A DNA stretch of 64,000 nt from Octopus vulgaris (taxonomy: Eukaryota): NCBI GenBank assembly GCA_951406725.2, contig OX597841.1, forward strand, positions 15,624,001-15,688,000, given 5' to 3'. Below the pieces are notes generated by a model. The model had not been told where the DNA came from and ran no database searches. It worked only from the letters and a program-made list of their open reading frames with translations. This document shows, piece by piece, positions 44,285 to 59,570 of this stretch. How positions within the stretch are numbered: the stretch's first letter is position 1; every line of letters begins with the position of its first letter. Position numbers and translations under genes: made by a program.

Positions 44285-44830
44285 ACACACTCACACACAT
44301 GCACATACACATATACACTGACTCACACACACACACGCACACAGTTACACACACATCACGCACACGCACACACACACACTCACACACATGCAGATACACA
44401 TACACACTGACCCCCCCCACACACACACACACGCGCATTTCCATACACACTCACACACATGCACATACGCATACACACTGACTCACACACACACACACAC
44501 ACACACAGTTACACACACACATGCACATACACATACACACTGACTCACACACACACACACAAACGCACACAGTTACACACACACATGCACATACGCATAC
44601 ACACTGACTCACACACACACACACACACACATACGCATACACACTGACTCACACACACACACACACGCACACAGTTACACACACACATGCACATACACAT
44701 ACACACTGACTCACACACACACACACAAACGCACACAGTTACACACACACATGCACATACGCATACACACACACACACACACACAAACGCACACACACAC
44801 ACATGCACACACACACACACTCACACACAT
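44285..44830. repeat. CA-rich minisatellite, ~60-bp unit
   Basis: Recurring ATGCACATAC..CACTGACTCAC..CAGTTACAC. Confidence 0.85.
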
Positions 44831-44936
44831 ATATGCGCGCGCACAAAGCGTACAGTAGGTCACAAGTGGTAATGTACAATAAGCGTAGAAAATATAGACA
44901 AAACACATATATAAAGAGTTGCTGCTGCTGCTGCTG

Positions 44937-44984
<48 letters not shown>

Positions 44985-45134
44985 ATAGTAGTTTTTCACT
45001 GGTGCTTAATTTATCGATCCCTGCAAGGATGAAAGGCAAACAGGATCTCGACGGAATTCGAACTCGGATCGGAACTTAAAAGAGCCGGAGGAAATACCGT
45101 TATGCATTTTCGTCCGGGTAATCTTACGATTCTT

Positions 45135-45282
45135 GGAGTGGCTGTGTGGTAAGTAACTTGTTTACCAACCACATGGTCCCGGGTTCAGTCCCACTGTGTG
45201 GCACCTTGGGCAAGTGTCTTCTACTATAGCCTAGAGCCGACCAAAGCCTTGGCGATTTGGTTGATGGAAACCAAAGCCTTGT

Positions 45283-45325
<43 letters not shown>

Positions 45326-45560
45326 ATTTGTTTGTGTGTGTCCCCCAACATCGCTTGACAACCGATGCTGGTGTGTTTACATCTCCGTAACTTAGCGGTT
45401 CGGCAAAAGAGAGGACCGATAGAATACAAGTACTAGGCTTACAAAAAAAGAATAAGTCCTTGGGGGGGTCGATTTGCTCGACTAAAAACGGGGGCGGTGC
45501 TCCAGCATGGCCGCAGAGTCAAATTGACTGAAACAAGTAAAAGAGAGTAAAAGAGTAAAG
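45135..45560 (+). mobile_element. SINE S1
   Basis: Head, body and tail. Confidence 0.85.
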
Positions 45561-45793
45561 AGAGAGAGAGAGAGACTTTATCATTTTCACAATAATTTGT
45601 TACATTTCTGAGATAACCCCCTTTTCTGATACCACCACCACCACCACCACCGCTGCTACTACTACTACTACTACTACTACCACCATCACCACTACCACTA
45701 CCGCTGCTACTACTACTACTACTGTTACTACTACTACTACTACTACTACTACTACAACTTCTACTACCACCACCACCACCACTACCACCACCG

Positions 45794-45831
<38 letters not shown>

Positions 45832-45928
45832 GTTGCTGTTGATGCTACTTCTACTACTACTACTACTGTTGCTGTAGTAATACTTGTACTAGTACTGCTA
45901 ACGTTGCTGTTGCTACTACTACTACTGT

Positions 45929-45979
<51 letters not shown>

Positions 45980-46004
45980 AACTACTACTACCACCACCAC
46001 CACC

Positions 46005-46037
<33 letters not shown>

Positions 46038-46684
46038 GCTACTATAAAGAAAACGCCGACAGTTACTGCAACCTGTTGGACCGCTTCGCTTGAATTTATA
46101 CATTAACACATGTGCCCCCCCACACCCCACACCCGTCGCTCCCCCTCCCCCCACACACACATACACACAACCCCCCCTCCACCGCACCCCCTAATACTCT
46201 CCCTCCCCCTCTCCCCCCGCTCTCCTCCACCGCCGGGACTTGTCAGTGGAAGCCGTGGTTTTTTGGGGTTTTTTTTTTTAAAGTCAGTTGTTCTTTGTCC
46301 ACAATTGGATCCCATTCAACAGAAAGAACAGGTGCGCGGCGCGTGCCAGAAGCGTGGTGGTGGCGGTGGTGGCGGTGGTGGTGGTGGCGGGAGTCGGGTA
46401 GTTGATCGGGTGGCGACATCCAGTCTGCATCGACAGGTGTACGGCGTGCGTACCCCGGGTATTCCCGCCTAGCAGTCTGTTGTGCGTGCAAAATATATAC
46501 ATACATATATATATACATATATATGCATATATATACATATATATACATATATATACATACATATATACATACATATATACATACATATATACATACATAT
46601 ATATATACATATATATGCATATATATACATATATACATATAAATACATATATATACATATATATATACATATATATACATATAC

Positions 46685-46731
<47 letters not shown>

Positions 46732-46869
46732 CATACATATATATACATACATACATATATATACGTGCAAAATATATACACACATGAGACACCCGACGAC
46801 GTGGAGGAGAGCAAGACAGAAGGACATCGCCACCACCACCACCATCTCCGCTACCACTACAACCACGAC

Positions 46870-47165
46870 AACCTATATCATTGTCACCATCGCTACAACT
46901 ACTACTACCTGTACCATTGTCACCACCACTACCACCACTACAACCACCACCACTACAACCACTACAACCACCACCACTACAACCACTACTACCTGTACCA
47001 TTGTCACCACCACCACCACCACCACTAAAACCACTACAACCTGTACCATTGTCACCACCACCACCACCACTACAACCACTACTACCTGTACCATTGTCAC
47101 CACCACCACCACCACTACAACCACTACAACCTGTACCATTGTCACCACCACCACCACCACCACCA
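46870..47165. repeat. Minisatellite with ACCTGTACCATTGTCACCACC core
   Basis: Five exact cores plus one diverged core among (CAC)n/(TAC)n. Confidence 0.9.
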
Positions 47166-47382
47166 CCAACACCACCACCTCCAACACCAAGCACCACCAC
47201 CGCCACCAGCACTACATCTACCATCACGCAACTACCACCATCACTGCTAGTACCATTGACCTGACCACCACTGCCTATACTACCTTCACCGCCGCTACTA
47301 CCATGTCTAACGCCACCACAGTCCACGTCTCACTCGACTTGCTAAACATAGCAGCCAAATCCCAATACAAGGCTGTGATTTA

Positions 47383-47423
<41 letters not shown>

Positions 47424-47652
47424 TCTCTTTTTCTCTCTCTCTCTTGCGCACTCTCTGTGTCATTGTCTGTCTCTCTCTCCCACTCTCTCTCTCTCTTTCT
47501 GTTTGTCTGTTTCTCTCTCTCTCTAGCTCTCTCTCTCTATCTCTGATTTTTTTCTGTCTTTCTGTCTCTCTCCCTCTTTCTCTCTCCCTCTCTCTCTCTT
47601 TCTCTCTTTCTGTATGTCTGCCTCTCACTCTATGTCTCTGTCTGTCTGTCTT

Positions 47653-47740
<88 letters not shown>

Positions 47741-47847
47741 ATGGGCATCTGAGGCTATAGAAAACACTTGCCCATGGTGTCATGCAGTGGGACTGAACCC
47801 GGTACTATGTGGTTGGTAAGCAAGCTATTAACTACACAGCCATATAT

Positions 47848-49036
47848 ACTCTTTTACTTGTTTCAGTCATTTGACTGTGGCCATGCTGGAGCACCACCTT
47901 TTAGTCGAGCAAATCGACCCCAAATCGACTTATTCTTTGTAAGCCCAGTACTTATTCCATCAGTCTCTTTTGCCGAACCGCTAAGTTACGGGGACTTAAA
48001 CACGCCAACATCAGTCAAGTAATTGTGGGGCGGAGAAACACACACACACAGATACACACACACACACACATATTTTTTCGACGGGCTTCTATCAGTTTCC
48101 GTCTACGAAATCCGCTCACAAGACTTTGGTCGGCCCGAGGCTATAGTAGAAGACACTTACCCAAGGTGCCACGCAGTGGGACTGAACCCGGAACCATGTG
48201 GCTGGTAAGCAAGCTACTTACCACACAGCCACTCCTGCGCCTATTATAATGATAATGACTATGCAGTGTAGTTGTAGTTTCGTTGATTTATTTAACTGTG
48301 TCAGTGTTTAATCGTTCAGAATGTAAAATGATTTTACGATACTATCGTGTCTTCTTAGGTGTTATCTGTATTGTTTGTGTACCAGGATGTATGACATGTC
48401 GTCTGCAGCTAATTGCGACGATTTGGTGTGAGTTATGCTGTTCTAATTGGAGTGCATAACCGCAAAGGAGGATTACTGAATTTTAGCAATTCAAGGAAAA
48501 TATTTACTGTTGATGTATCGCGGTATTTAAGGCAGCGCACCCTGGGTAGACGACCTTGAGACGACCGATGTTTCAATCTTCTCAACACTTAATTCTCATC
48601 CCCGCTTTGCCCCACTTGGCTGCGAGATTACTCTTTTCTCTCTTTTACTTGCTTCAGTCATTTGACTGCGGCCATGCTGGAGCACCGCCTTTAGTCGAGC
48701 AAATCGACCCCGGGACTTATTCTTTGTAAGCCCAGTACTTATTCTATCGGTCTCTTTTGCCGAACCGCTAAGTGACGGGGACGTAAACACATCAGCATCG
48801 GTTGTCAAGCAATGCTAGGGGTACAAACACAGACACACAGACACACACACATACATATATATATACATATATACGACAGGCTTCTTTCAGTTTCCGTCTA
48901 CCAAATCCACTCACAAGGTATTGGTCGGCCCGGGGCTATAGCAGAAGACACTTGCCCAAGATGCCACGCAGTGGGACTGAACCCGGAACCATGTGGTTGG
49001 TTAGCAAGCTACTTACCACACAGCCACTCCGGCGCC
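47848..49036 (-). mobile_element. Two S1 SINEs (47848-48242; 48632-49036)
   Basis: Head, body and tail matches. Confidence 0.9.
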
Positions 49037-49344
49037 TATTGATGTATCGTGGTATTTTTGGCTGCGCACCCTGGGTAGACTTCCTTGAGACGACTGATGT
49101 TACAGTTTCCGCAACGCTTAATTCTCATCCCCGCTTTGCCCCACTTGGCTGCGAGATTACATCTAAGTTCACAGCCATCATTTTATCGCAGGAAAGTTCA
49201 CCGTCATCAACTTACCGTAAACTTGAGAGTTCGAAAATAAGTTTTTAAAAATTTATTTTACGGTGAACTTGCCTCGCAGTGAACATTCCTTACGGTGATC
49301 TTTCCCTGCGGTGAATTCATGACGCTGAACTTACCGCACATGGG

Positions 49345-50515
49345 CTACGAACCCGTTCAGTCCATGCTGATGGTGTTCATCTTCTGATAAGCCACTGCTA
49401 TATACGATGCCCAAGTTTCTGCTCCATGGGGGGCAATTGGTTTCATATAACAATTTAATAACCTCAATGTTAGGTGCAGCATTCTTTCTTCTGAGGTGAA
49501 GATCGTTCTCCTTTTTATAAATTTCCTTCACCGCTGAATACGGCCCAGAAATAACCTAAACTTCTTCACTTGTCTCAGATACCTATTTCTTTATTGCCAA
49601 CAAGGGGCTAAGCATAGAGGGGACAAACATGGACAGATATAGGTATTAAGTCGATTACATCGACCCCAGTGCGTAACTGGTACTTTATTTATCGGCCCCG
49701 AAAGGATGAAAGGCAAAGTCGACCTCGGCGGAATTTGAACTCTCAACGTAGCGACAGACGAAATACCGCTAGGCATTTCGCCCAGCGTGCTAACGTTTCT
49801 GCCAGCTCGCCGCCTTGTCTCAGATACCTACCTCTAACATGCAGAGTACCCTGGGTAGACTTTCTTGAGAGGACCGATGTCCGAGTGTTCGCATCATTTA
49901 ATTCCCAGCCCGGCCTTGTACACACTCGGCTGCGAAACCCATTCTGTCCATGCTGGAGATCACCCTCTGATGATACAGTGCTCTATACACTATCCAAAGT
50001 TTCTGCTCCATAGAGGATAACTGGCTTAATATAACAGTTTAGTAACCTCAATTTTAGCTGCTATGTTATATCTTTTGAAGTGGAGATGGTTCTCCTACTT
50101 ACAGATTTTCTTCATTTCTAAAACAGGGGCCAGAGATACCCAAACTTCTCCACCTGTCTCAGAGACCTTCCTCTAACATGCAGAGTGCACTGGGAAGACT
50201 TTCTCGAGAGGACCGATGTCTCCGTCTTCACAACACTTAATTATCTCCTTGCCTTGCACCATTCGGCTGCAAACTCATTCTGTCCATGCTGGAGATCCCC
50301 CTCTGATGATCTATTGCTCTCCACATTATCCGAAGTTTCTACCCCATGGGGGACAATTGGCTTAATATAACAATTTACTAACCTCGATCTTAGGTGCAAT
50401 GTCCTATCTTCTGAAGTGAAGATCATTCTCCTTATAAATTTCCTCTTGAATACAGCCCAGAGATACTTAAACTTCCCTTATTTCTGTGCTATTCCACTAA
50501 AACACAGTACCCTGT
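49345..50515 (-). repeat. Tandem ~340-bp units derived from RTE-clade reverse transcriptase, interrupted by an S2 SINE (49586-49813)
   Basis: Peptides SSEGDLQHGQN.FAAE, TLHVRGRYLRQV.KF.YL and KPIVPHGVET; the S2 copy is flanked by a 17-bp duplication CTTGTCTCAGATACCTA (49569-49585, 49814-49830). Confidence 0.7.
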
Positions 50516-50977
50516 GTATATATACATATATATACACATATATACATTTATATATATGTATATATACATACACGTATATATATATATACACATATATATA
50601 CATATATATATATATATGGATACATATATATAAGCATATATATATACATATATATACATACATATAATAATAAATATTAGGGAATAAATCCAAAATTACA
50701 GGGAAAAAATCAGATTTAGGATTAAATCCAATTTTATAGTAAAATATTATATAATATAATTTTGTTTTTTGTTTTTTGTACATCTTTAAATATGAGAACT
50801 TTAATAATAGGTTTCTTTATATTCAATTGTTTATAGGGTTTATTTTAGATTATATGTTGATTATATATAGATTATATATAGATTATATATAGATTATATA
50901 TATTTATATTATTTCATTGATAAATTTATATTATTTTAAACTTATATTTTAAAATATTGATATTTTAGATCGGAAAT

Positions 50978-51021
50978 CCACCTGACGAATGTCATTTGAA
51001 GACAGGAAACAATTGTAGTGG
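50978..51021 (+). ncRNA. Type I hammerhead ribozyme motif with palindromic stem III
   Basis: CCAC-CUGACGA-a-UGUC(7-nt loop)GACA-g-GAA-ACAAUUGU-A-GUGG, in an AT-rich insert (~50675-51115) between (TA)n tracts. Confidence 0.7.
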
Positions 51022-51114
51022 CGATTTATTTACTTTATATTAAAATTTTTTATGTATTGATTAAGTCTTTCCTTGTTTGATTTGCAAAATAGTGGTTTTG
51101 TCTCGAATTAATAT

Positions 51115-51173
<59 letters not shown>

Positions 51174-51518
51174 GTACATTTATATATATATATACATACA
51201 TATACATACATATATATACATATATATATGTATATATATATATATATATATGTACATATATGTGTAAATATACATATATATAGATAGATATATGTATGTA
51301 TATATATGTGTAAATATATATGTATATATATATGTATATATGTATGTATATATACATGTAGATATATATGTACATATATGTGTAAATATACATATATATA
51401 TATATAGATATATGTATGTATATATATGTGTAAATATATATGTATATATATATATGTATATATGTATGTATATATACATGTAGATATATATGTATGTATA
51501 TATATATATATGTGTATA

Positions 51519-51564
<46 letters not shown>

Positions 51565-52349
51565 TATATACATGTATACATACATGTATACATACATTAC
51601 ATATTCGTTATGCCTTGTGTCCACCTCGGGCGTTTATTTTGTTATATTTTCGCCTCGCACCTGTTGCTGGTGATGGAAGACCTGCACCAAATACCCCCGA
51701 ACAACAACAACAACAACAAGAACAGCAACAACAACATACATGCCACCCCCCACACATATATATATACACACATTCATATATACCCATATACACGAACATA
51801 TATATGTGTGTAGGCATAATGTGACCAGCTGTCTTGGCTTTTGTGCTAATTGTTGGATAATTCTACGGCGAGTGTTATGTGTTACGCCGTACACTTTCGA
51901 GTTACCTCGTACATCGCTTTGTAGTCTTTCAGTCGCTCTCGATTTACATAGCTATGTACAATATAATATATGTATATAATGCCTTGTCGCCTCATATGTG
52001 TAGATGCGTATGTACAATACCTCATTATATATATATATACATACATATATATATACATACATACATACATACATACATACATACATAAATAAATACATAC
52101 ATACATACACACATACATACATACATACATACATACATACATACATACATACATACATACATACATACATACATGCATACATACATACATACATACATAC
52201 ATACATACATACATACACACATACACACATACATACACACACACATACATACATACATACATACATACATACATACATACATACTTGCATACATGCATGC
52301 ATACATACATACTTACATACATACATACATGCATACATACATACATACC

Positions 52350-52408
<59 letters not shown>

Positions 52409-52671
52409 GGTTTTATAATATATACATTTATATTTATATGTAGAGAGATAGAGAGAGAGGAAGAGAGATACGTCTTGGCGCAGGCGTGGTTGTATGGTAT
52501 GAAGCTTACTTCCCAATCACATGGTTCCGTGTTCACTTCCACTGTCTGGCACCTTGGGCTAGTGTCCTCTGCTATAGCCTCGGGCCGACAAAAGCATTGT
52601 GAGTGGATTTGGTAGTTTGGTAGACGGAAACTGAAAGAAGCCCATCATGTATATGTATATATGTATATATG

Positions 52672-52720
<49 letters not shown>

Positions 52721-52965
52721 ATGTATATATGTGCGTGTATATATGCATATATATATATATATGTATATACATATGTATATATGTATGTGCATATATACAT
52801 ATGTATATATGTATGTGCATATATATATATTAGAATTTGATATATTATAATATAGGTGGCCAGTTAGCAATTCAAATCTATATGCAAATTTATAAACTAG
52901 GGTCCAAAATGGTAACAGCATTGCTAGAAACAAGTGTCAAAGACGATTAGGAGCAGGGAGATCCC

Positions 52966-53013
52966 CTGACGAGAACTAAGGTTAAATTGAGCAGAGTTCG
53001 AAATCACGTGATA
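52966..53013 (+). ncRNA. Hammerhead core lacking the 3' strand of stem I
   Basis: CUGACGA-GAACU..AGUUC-GAA-AUCACGUGAU-A; enclosed by IR 52916-52948/53107-53139. Confidence 0.55.
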
Positions 53014-53176
53014 TACAAATATCTGCTACGTCGTTTGTGGGTTTGTGAAGTGCTTTCTCGCTTCTCTTTCGTCAATTCATTGATTTAGTGCTTTTATTGC
53101 ATTTTGAGTCGTTTTTGACTCTTGTTTCTAGCAATGCTGGAATTATCTTCTACCCTTGTTTAAATACATATTTATT

Positions 53177-53510
53177 TTCGGATTCTATGGATAACGAGGC
53201 TCACCAATGGAGAAGTTCTTAAGCAGATAAGGCCGAAAATGTCGCTAGAAGCTGGGATCACCAAGCGTAGATTGGCATATTTCGGTCATATTATGCGGAG
53301 AAAATCCCCGGAGAAGGACATCATGCTCGGAATGGTCAGTGGCAAGAGAGGAAGAGGCCGACCAAGAACCCGCTGGCTTGACACCATCAGGAGTGATACC
53401 GGAATGGACATGGCCAATCTGAAGGAAGCGGCCCAGGATAGAACTGACTGGAGGACACTGATCCAACGAGTGACCGAGAGTCGACTTCGACTGAGCGGAT
53501 AGAGAGAGAG
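53177..53510 (+). mobile_element. 3' end of an RTE-clade LINE
   Basis: RRLAYFGHIMRR..DIMLGMVSGKRGRGRPRTRWLD..AQDRTDWR; (GA)n tail. Confidence 0.9.
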
Positions 53511-53985
53511 AGATTTATGCAATATTGGAACAGGTATCTTTCGCGTTTTGCTGTGCATAAAAAAGAAAAAGAGACACATATTCAAGAGAGATTTAAGAAG
53601 AATGTTACGATCGAGAACGTGTATGACAATGACCTTTTTGTGTGCACAGTTTGTGACAGACCATGGTTTTCTTTTGTTGGGCTCAAATCTCATTCGCGAA
53701 CCCATGGAAAACGAACCCCCACCAACTGTTCTGTCTATATGTCTGTTCATATCTTTCAATGCAATGTACACCCAGAAGGTTTGTAAATCTAAGGGAGGCC
53801 TCAAAAGACATTTTAAGATCAGCAAAAATCAGAACTTAACTGCAGCTCTTGGTGGTCCAAATCAGATATGCAATCTATGCGGGTGTCTTTTCAGAACACT
53901 GGCTGGTTTAAAAAGCCACATCAAACTTCAAGATGATTCTAAGGTTTAGGTACAGGAGGTGGTCACACTCCGCATAAGAAGGAAT
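53511..53985 (+). pseudogene. Decayed LINE (probably RTE-type) C-terminus with three C2H2-like zinc fingers
   Basis: CTVCDR..GLKSHSRTH, VCKSKGGLKRH and CNLCG..TLAGLKSH across a frameshift. Confidence 0.6.
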
Positions 53986-54024
53986 ATATTCACAGACACA
54001 ACAGTGTTGGGACCTACATACACT

Positions 54025-54573
54025 GGAAGCTATGCCAACATTATGGAATAACAACAGAAAAAAGATGGTATAGGCACACACCAGAAAAGGTCACAGAAAA
54101 TGAGAAAGCAACCATACTCTGGGATGTGCCAATACACACAGATAGAGAAATTAAAGCCAAGAGACCAGATATAGTTGTCAGAGATCATGAAGAAAAAAAA
54201 TGCTTTCTTATTGATGTATCAATACAAGCAGATGACAACGTGTCTCTAAAAGAAATGGAGAAACTTTCAAAATACAAAGACCTGGAAATAGAGGTAACCC
54301 GAATGTGGAGTCTAAAAACAGAAACAATTCCTATCATAGTAGGTGCATTAGGCATGATAAAAAAATATTCAGACAAATACATAACAAAAACACCAGGACT
54401 TACAAACACATATAACATACAGAAAATTGCACTACTAGGCACTGCACACATCCTACGCAGAACACTTTCAATACAGTAACCATCAGAGCATCACAACAAA
54501 TCACAGCACATACCCAAGACACACAGAGTTGCACTCGGTAGTGAAATGAAAGCACGCTATAAAAAATATACTA

Positions 54574-54630
<57 letters not shown>
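54025..54630 (+). mobile_element. 5'-truncated Dong/R4-like LINE with (TAA)n tail
   Basis: WYRHTPEKVTENEKATILWDVPIHTDREIKAKRPDIVV..LIDVSI..EKLSKYKDL..PIIVGALG..IQKIALLGTAHILRRTL* (stop at 54479). Confidence 0.9.
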
Positions 54631-54645
54631 TTCTTAATTTCTTAA

Positions 54646-55045
54646 GGCGCAGGAGTGGCTGTGTGGTAAGTAGCTTGCTAACCAGCCACATGGTTCCTGG
54701 TTCAGTCCCACTGCGTGGCATCTTGGGCAAGTGTCTTCTGCTACAGCCCCGGGCCGACCAATGCCTTGTGAGTGGATTTGGTAGACGGAAACTGAAAGAA
54801 GCCTGTCGTATATATGTATATATATATGTGTGTGTGTATATGTGTCTGTGTTTGTCCCCCTAGCATTGCTTGACAACCAATGCTGGTGTGTTTACGTCCC
54901 CGTCACTTAGCGGTTCGGCCAAAGAGAACCGATAGAATAAGTACTGGGCTTACAAAAAGAATAAGTCCCGGGGTCGATTTGCTCAACTAAAGAGACGGTG
55001 CTCCAACATGGCCGCAGTCAAATGACTGAAACAAGTAAAAGAGTA
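54646..55045 (+). mobile_element. SINE S1, full length
   Basis: Head, body and tail. Confidence 0.92.
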
Positions 55046-55319
55046 AGTAACCAGAAAATGGATTTGGTATCAATCTTTGAACCATTCCTGCTACTGTCCT
55101 TTATGGATGGGACCCCGTTCAACATGTTTTCTATCCATTTCGCAGGTTGGGTCTCATCAGGTACATCCATACATAAAAGTCGAGTCTCGCTAAAGATCCT
55201 GAGTTTTGGCATGTCGAACGGAGTCCCATCCTTAAGGACCTTTAGCGGGATGGGTCGAAACAACCGTTGCACAAAATAAAGATTAATCCTAAATCCATCT
55301 TCTCATTAGTATACACATA

Positions 55320-55935
55320 TATACGACGGGCTTCTTTTCAGTTTCCGTCTACCAAATCCACCCACAAGGCTTTGGTCGGCCCGAGGCTATAGTAGAAGAC
55401 ACTTGCCCAAGGTGCCACGCAGTGGGACTGAACCCAGAACCATGTGGTTGGTAAACAAGCTACTTACCACACAGCCACTCCTATATATATACATATATAC
55501 GACGGGCTTCTTTTCAGTTTCCGTCTACCAAATCCACCCACAAGGCTTTGGTCGGCCCGGGGCTATAGTAGAAGACACTTGCCCAAGGTGCCACGCAGTG
55601 GGACTGAACCCAGAACCATGTGGTTGGTAAACAAGCTACTTACCACACAGCCACTCCTATATATACATATATACGACGGGCTTCTTTCAGTTTCCGTCTA
55701 CCAAATCCACCCACAAAGCTTTGGTCGATCCGAGGCTATAGTAGAAGACACTTGCCCATGCTGCAACGCAGTGGGGCTGAACCCAGAACCATGTGGTTGG
55801 TAAACAAGCTACTTACCACACAGCCACTCCTATATATACATATATACGACGGGCTTCTTTCAGTTTCCGTCTACCAAATCCACCCACAAGGCTTTGGTCG
55901 GCCCGAGGCTATAGTAGAAGACACTTGCCCAAGGT
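55320..55935 (-). repeat. Tandem array of S1 5' halves (~175-bp unit, ~3.5 copies)
   Basis: ACGACGGGCTTC starts at 55323, 55499, 55673 and 55846. Confidence 0.92.
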
Positions 55936-56501
55936 ACAACTGGTACTGTATCGACGCCGAAAGGAAAAAAAGGCTAAGTCTACCTCGGCGGAATTTGAAC
56001 TCAGAACGCAAAGAGGGGCGAAATGCCACTGAGAGATGCGGGTTCAAGTTTCGTCGTTGTCTGCTTAACAGCATCTTTTTTCCGTCATATTAGTTTATTC
56101 TTTTATTTTTTTTTTACTCGTTTCAGTCATTTGGCTGCGGCCTTGCTGGAGCACCGGCTTTAGTCGGACAAATCGACTCCTAGGACTTATTGTTTGTAAG
56201 CCTAGTACTTATTCTATCGGTTTGTTTGGCCGAACAGCTAAGCTAAGAGGACAGAAACACACCAACATCGGTTGTCAAGAGATGTTAGGGGGACAAACAC
56301 AGACACAGACACACACACAAACACACACAAACATACATACAAACACACACACACGCACACACACATACGCACACACACACGCGCACGAACACACACACAC
56401 ACACATACGCACACACAGACACACACACAAACACACACACATCCGCACCCCCACCCCCACACACACACGCGCGCACGAGCACACGCACACATACGCACAC
56501 A

Positions 56502-56572
<71 letters not shown>

Positions 56573-56947
56573 GTTAATTTTCCACCCACCCCGGTAAGAA
56601 GCCAGCCAGCCAGCCAGCCAGCTAGCCGGGTAGCTAGTCACCCACTCGACAAGCCAATCTGTCAGTCAAAATAACCCAAGCAACCAACCACCCTCTCGCA
56701 CCCGGACACCCACCCACCCTACCCGTATGAAATAAATAAATAAATATATAAATAAACCTAAAAACAGAAAAAAATAAAAAACAACAAGAAAAAGCACTTG
56801 ACGATAAATTTTGTTACTTGCGGACGCCAGCTGCTAAATTACTGACCTCCTCCTACTCCCTGCTGTTATTCTCCTCTCCCTTACACTCCCTCATTACTAT
56901 ATATAAATATATGTGGGTGCGTGTGTGTGTGTATGTATATGTATATA

Positions 56948-57040
<93 letters not shown>

Positions 57041-57113
57041 GTATATGTGTGTATATACGTATATATATATATGTATGTATGTATGTATGTATATTTGTGA
57101 GTGCTTATGTTTG

Positions 57114-58800
<1,687 letters not shown>

Positions 58801-59136
58801 CTTTGCCTATACATAACACAGTATGATGTGTGTTGTGAGGGAGCATTGACTGCAATTTCTAGCTTATCAAAGAACCACTTAGAGGCAGATTGCGCAGGTG
58901 ACGTCGGGAGGGAGAGAGAGAGAGCGAGGGCGGGGGAGAGGCCTGTTTTTCGTTCTTTTCCGTTTCCATCTCCTCATAGTTAGCATAGCTGATGAGCAGG
59001 TGAAAGAGTGAGATCAAGGGGAGGTGGGCGGGGGGGAGAATGGCCGGGAAGTTGGCGAGATGGAGGGGGTGGGTGTGGAGGGGGACAGAGGTAGAGAGAT
59101 AGAGTGATGGCCGGTGGGTGAGATAGATAGATAGAA

Positions 59137-59175
<39 letters not shown>

Positions 59176-59501
59176 GACAGACAGACTGAAAGGTAGATTG
59201 AGAGTTAGATAGAAAGATAGATAGATAGAGAGACAGAGAGGGGGAGAGAGAAAGAAAGAGAGACAGACAGAGAGAGAGACAGACAGACAGTGACAGACTG
59301 ACAGATAGACAGAGAGAGAGAGAGAGAGAGAGCGAGGAAAATCAGCCAGACAGATATTTAGACGGAGAGAGAGAGAGAGAAAAGGAGAGCGAGAGAGGGA
59401 GAGAGAGAGGAAAAAGGAGAGAGAGAGAAAATGAGAGCGATAGCCTGGGAGAGAGAGAAGAGGAGAGAGACAGACAGACAGAAACAGACAGACGGACAGA
59501 C

Positions 59502-59570
<69 letters not shown>

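Noticed and set aside
46784-47383. Thr-rich mucin-like ORF with TCTIVTTT repeats
   Set aside because: Several frames are open because of (CAC)n; no signal peptide or exon evidence; treated as a minisatellite
48510-49160. 120-bp direct repeats as a target-site duplication of the S1 SINE
   Set aside because: Too long and more diverged than the near-consensus SINE; an older RTE-derived repeat
49850-49980. GAAA followed by CTGATGA, as in the permuted hammerheads
   Set aside because: Stem I cannot pair, spacing is far larger, and the sequence is antisense RTE coding DNA
55098-55175. Minus-strand CTGATGA..GAAATGGAT..ATCCATA possible hammerhead, and an 84-aa ORF
   Set aside because: Stem III pairs but stems I and II do not; the ORF has no recognisable motif
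55320-55935. CRISPR-like periodic array
   Set aside because: Whole units are repeated with no unique spacers; eukaryotic SINE tandem
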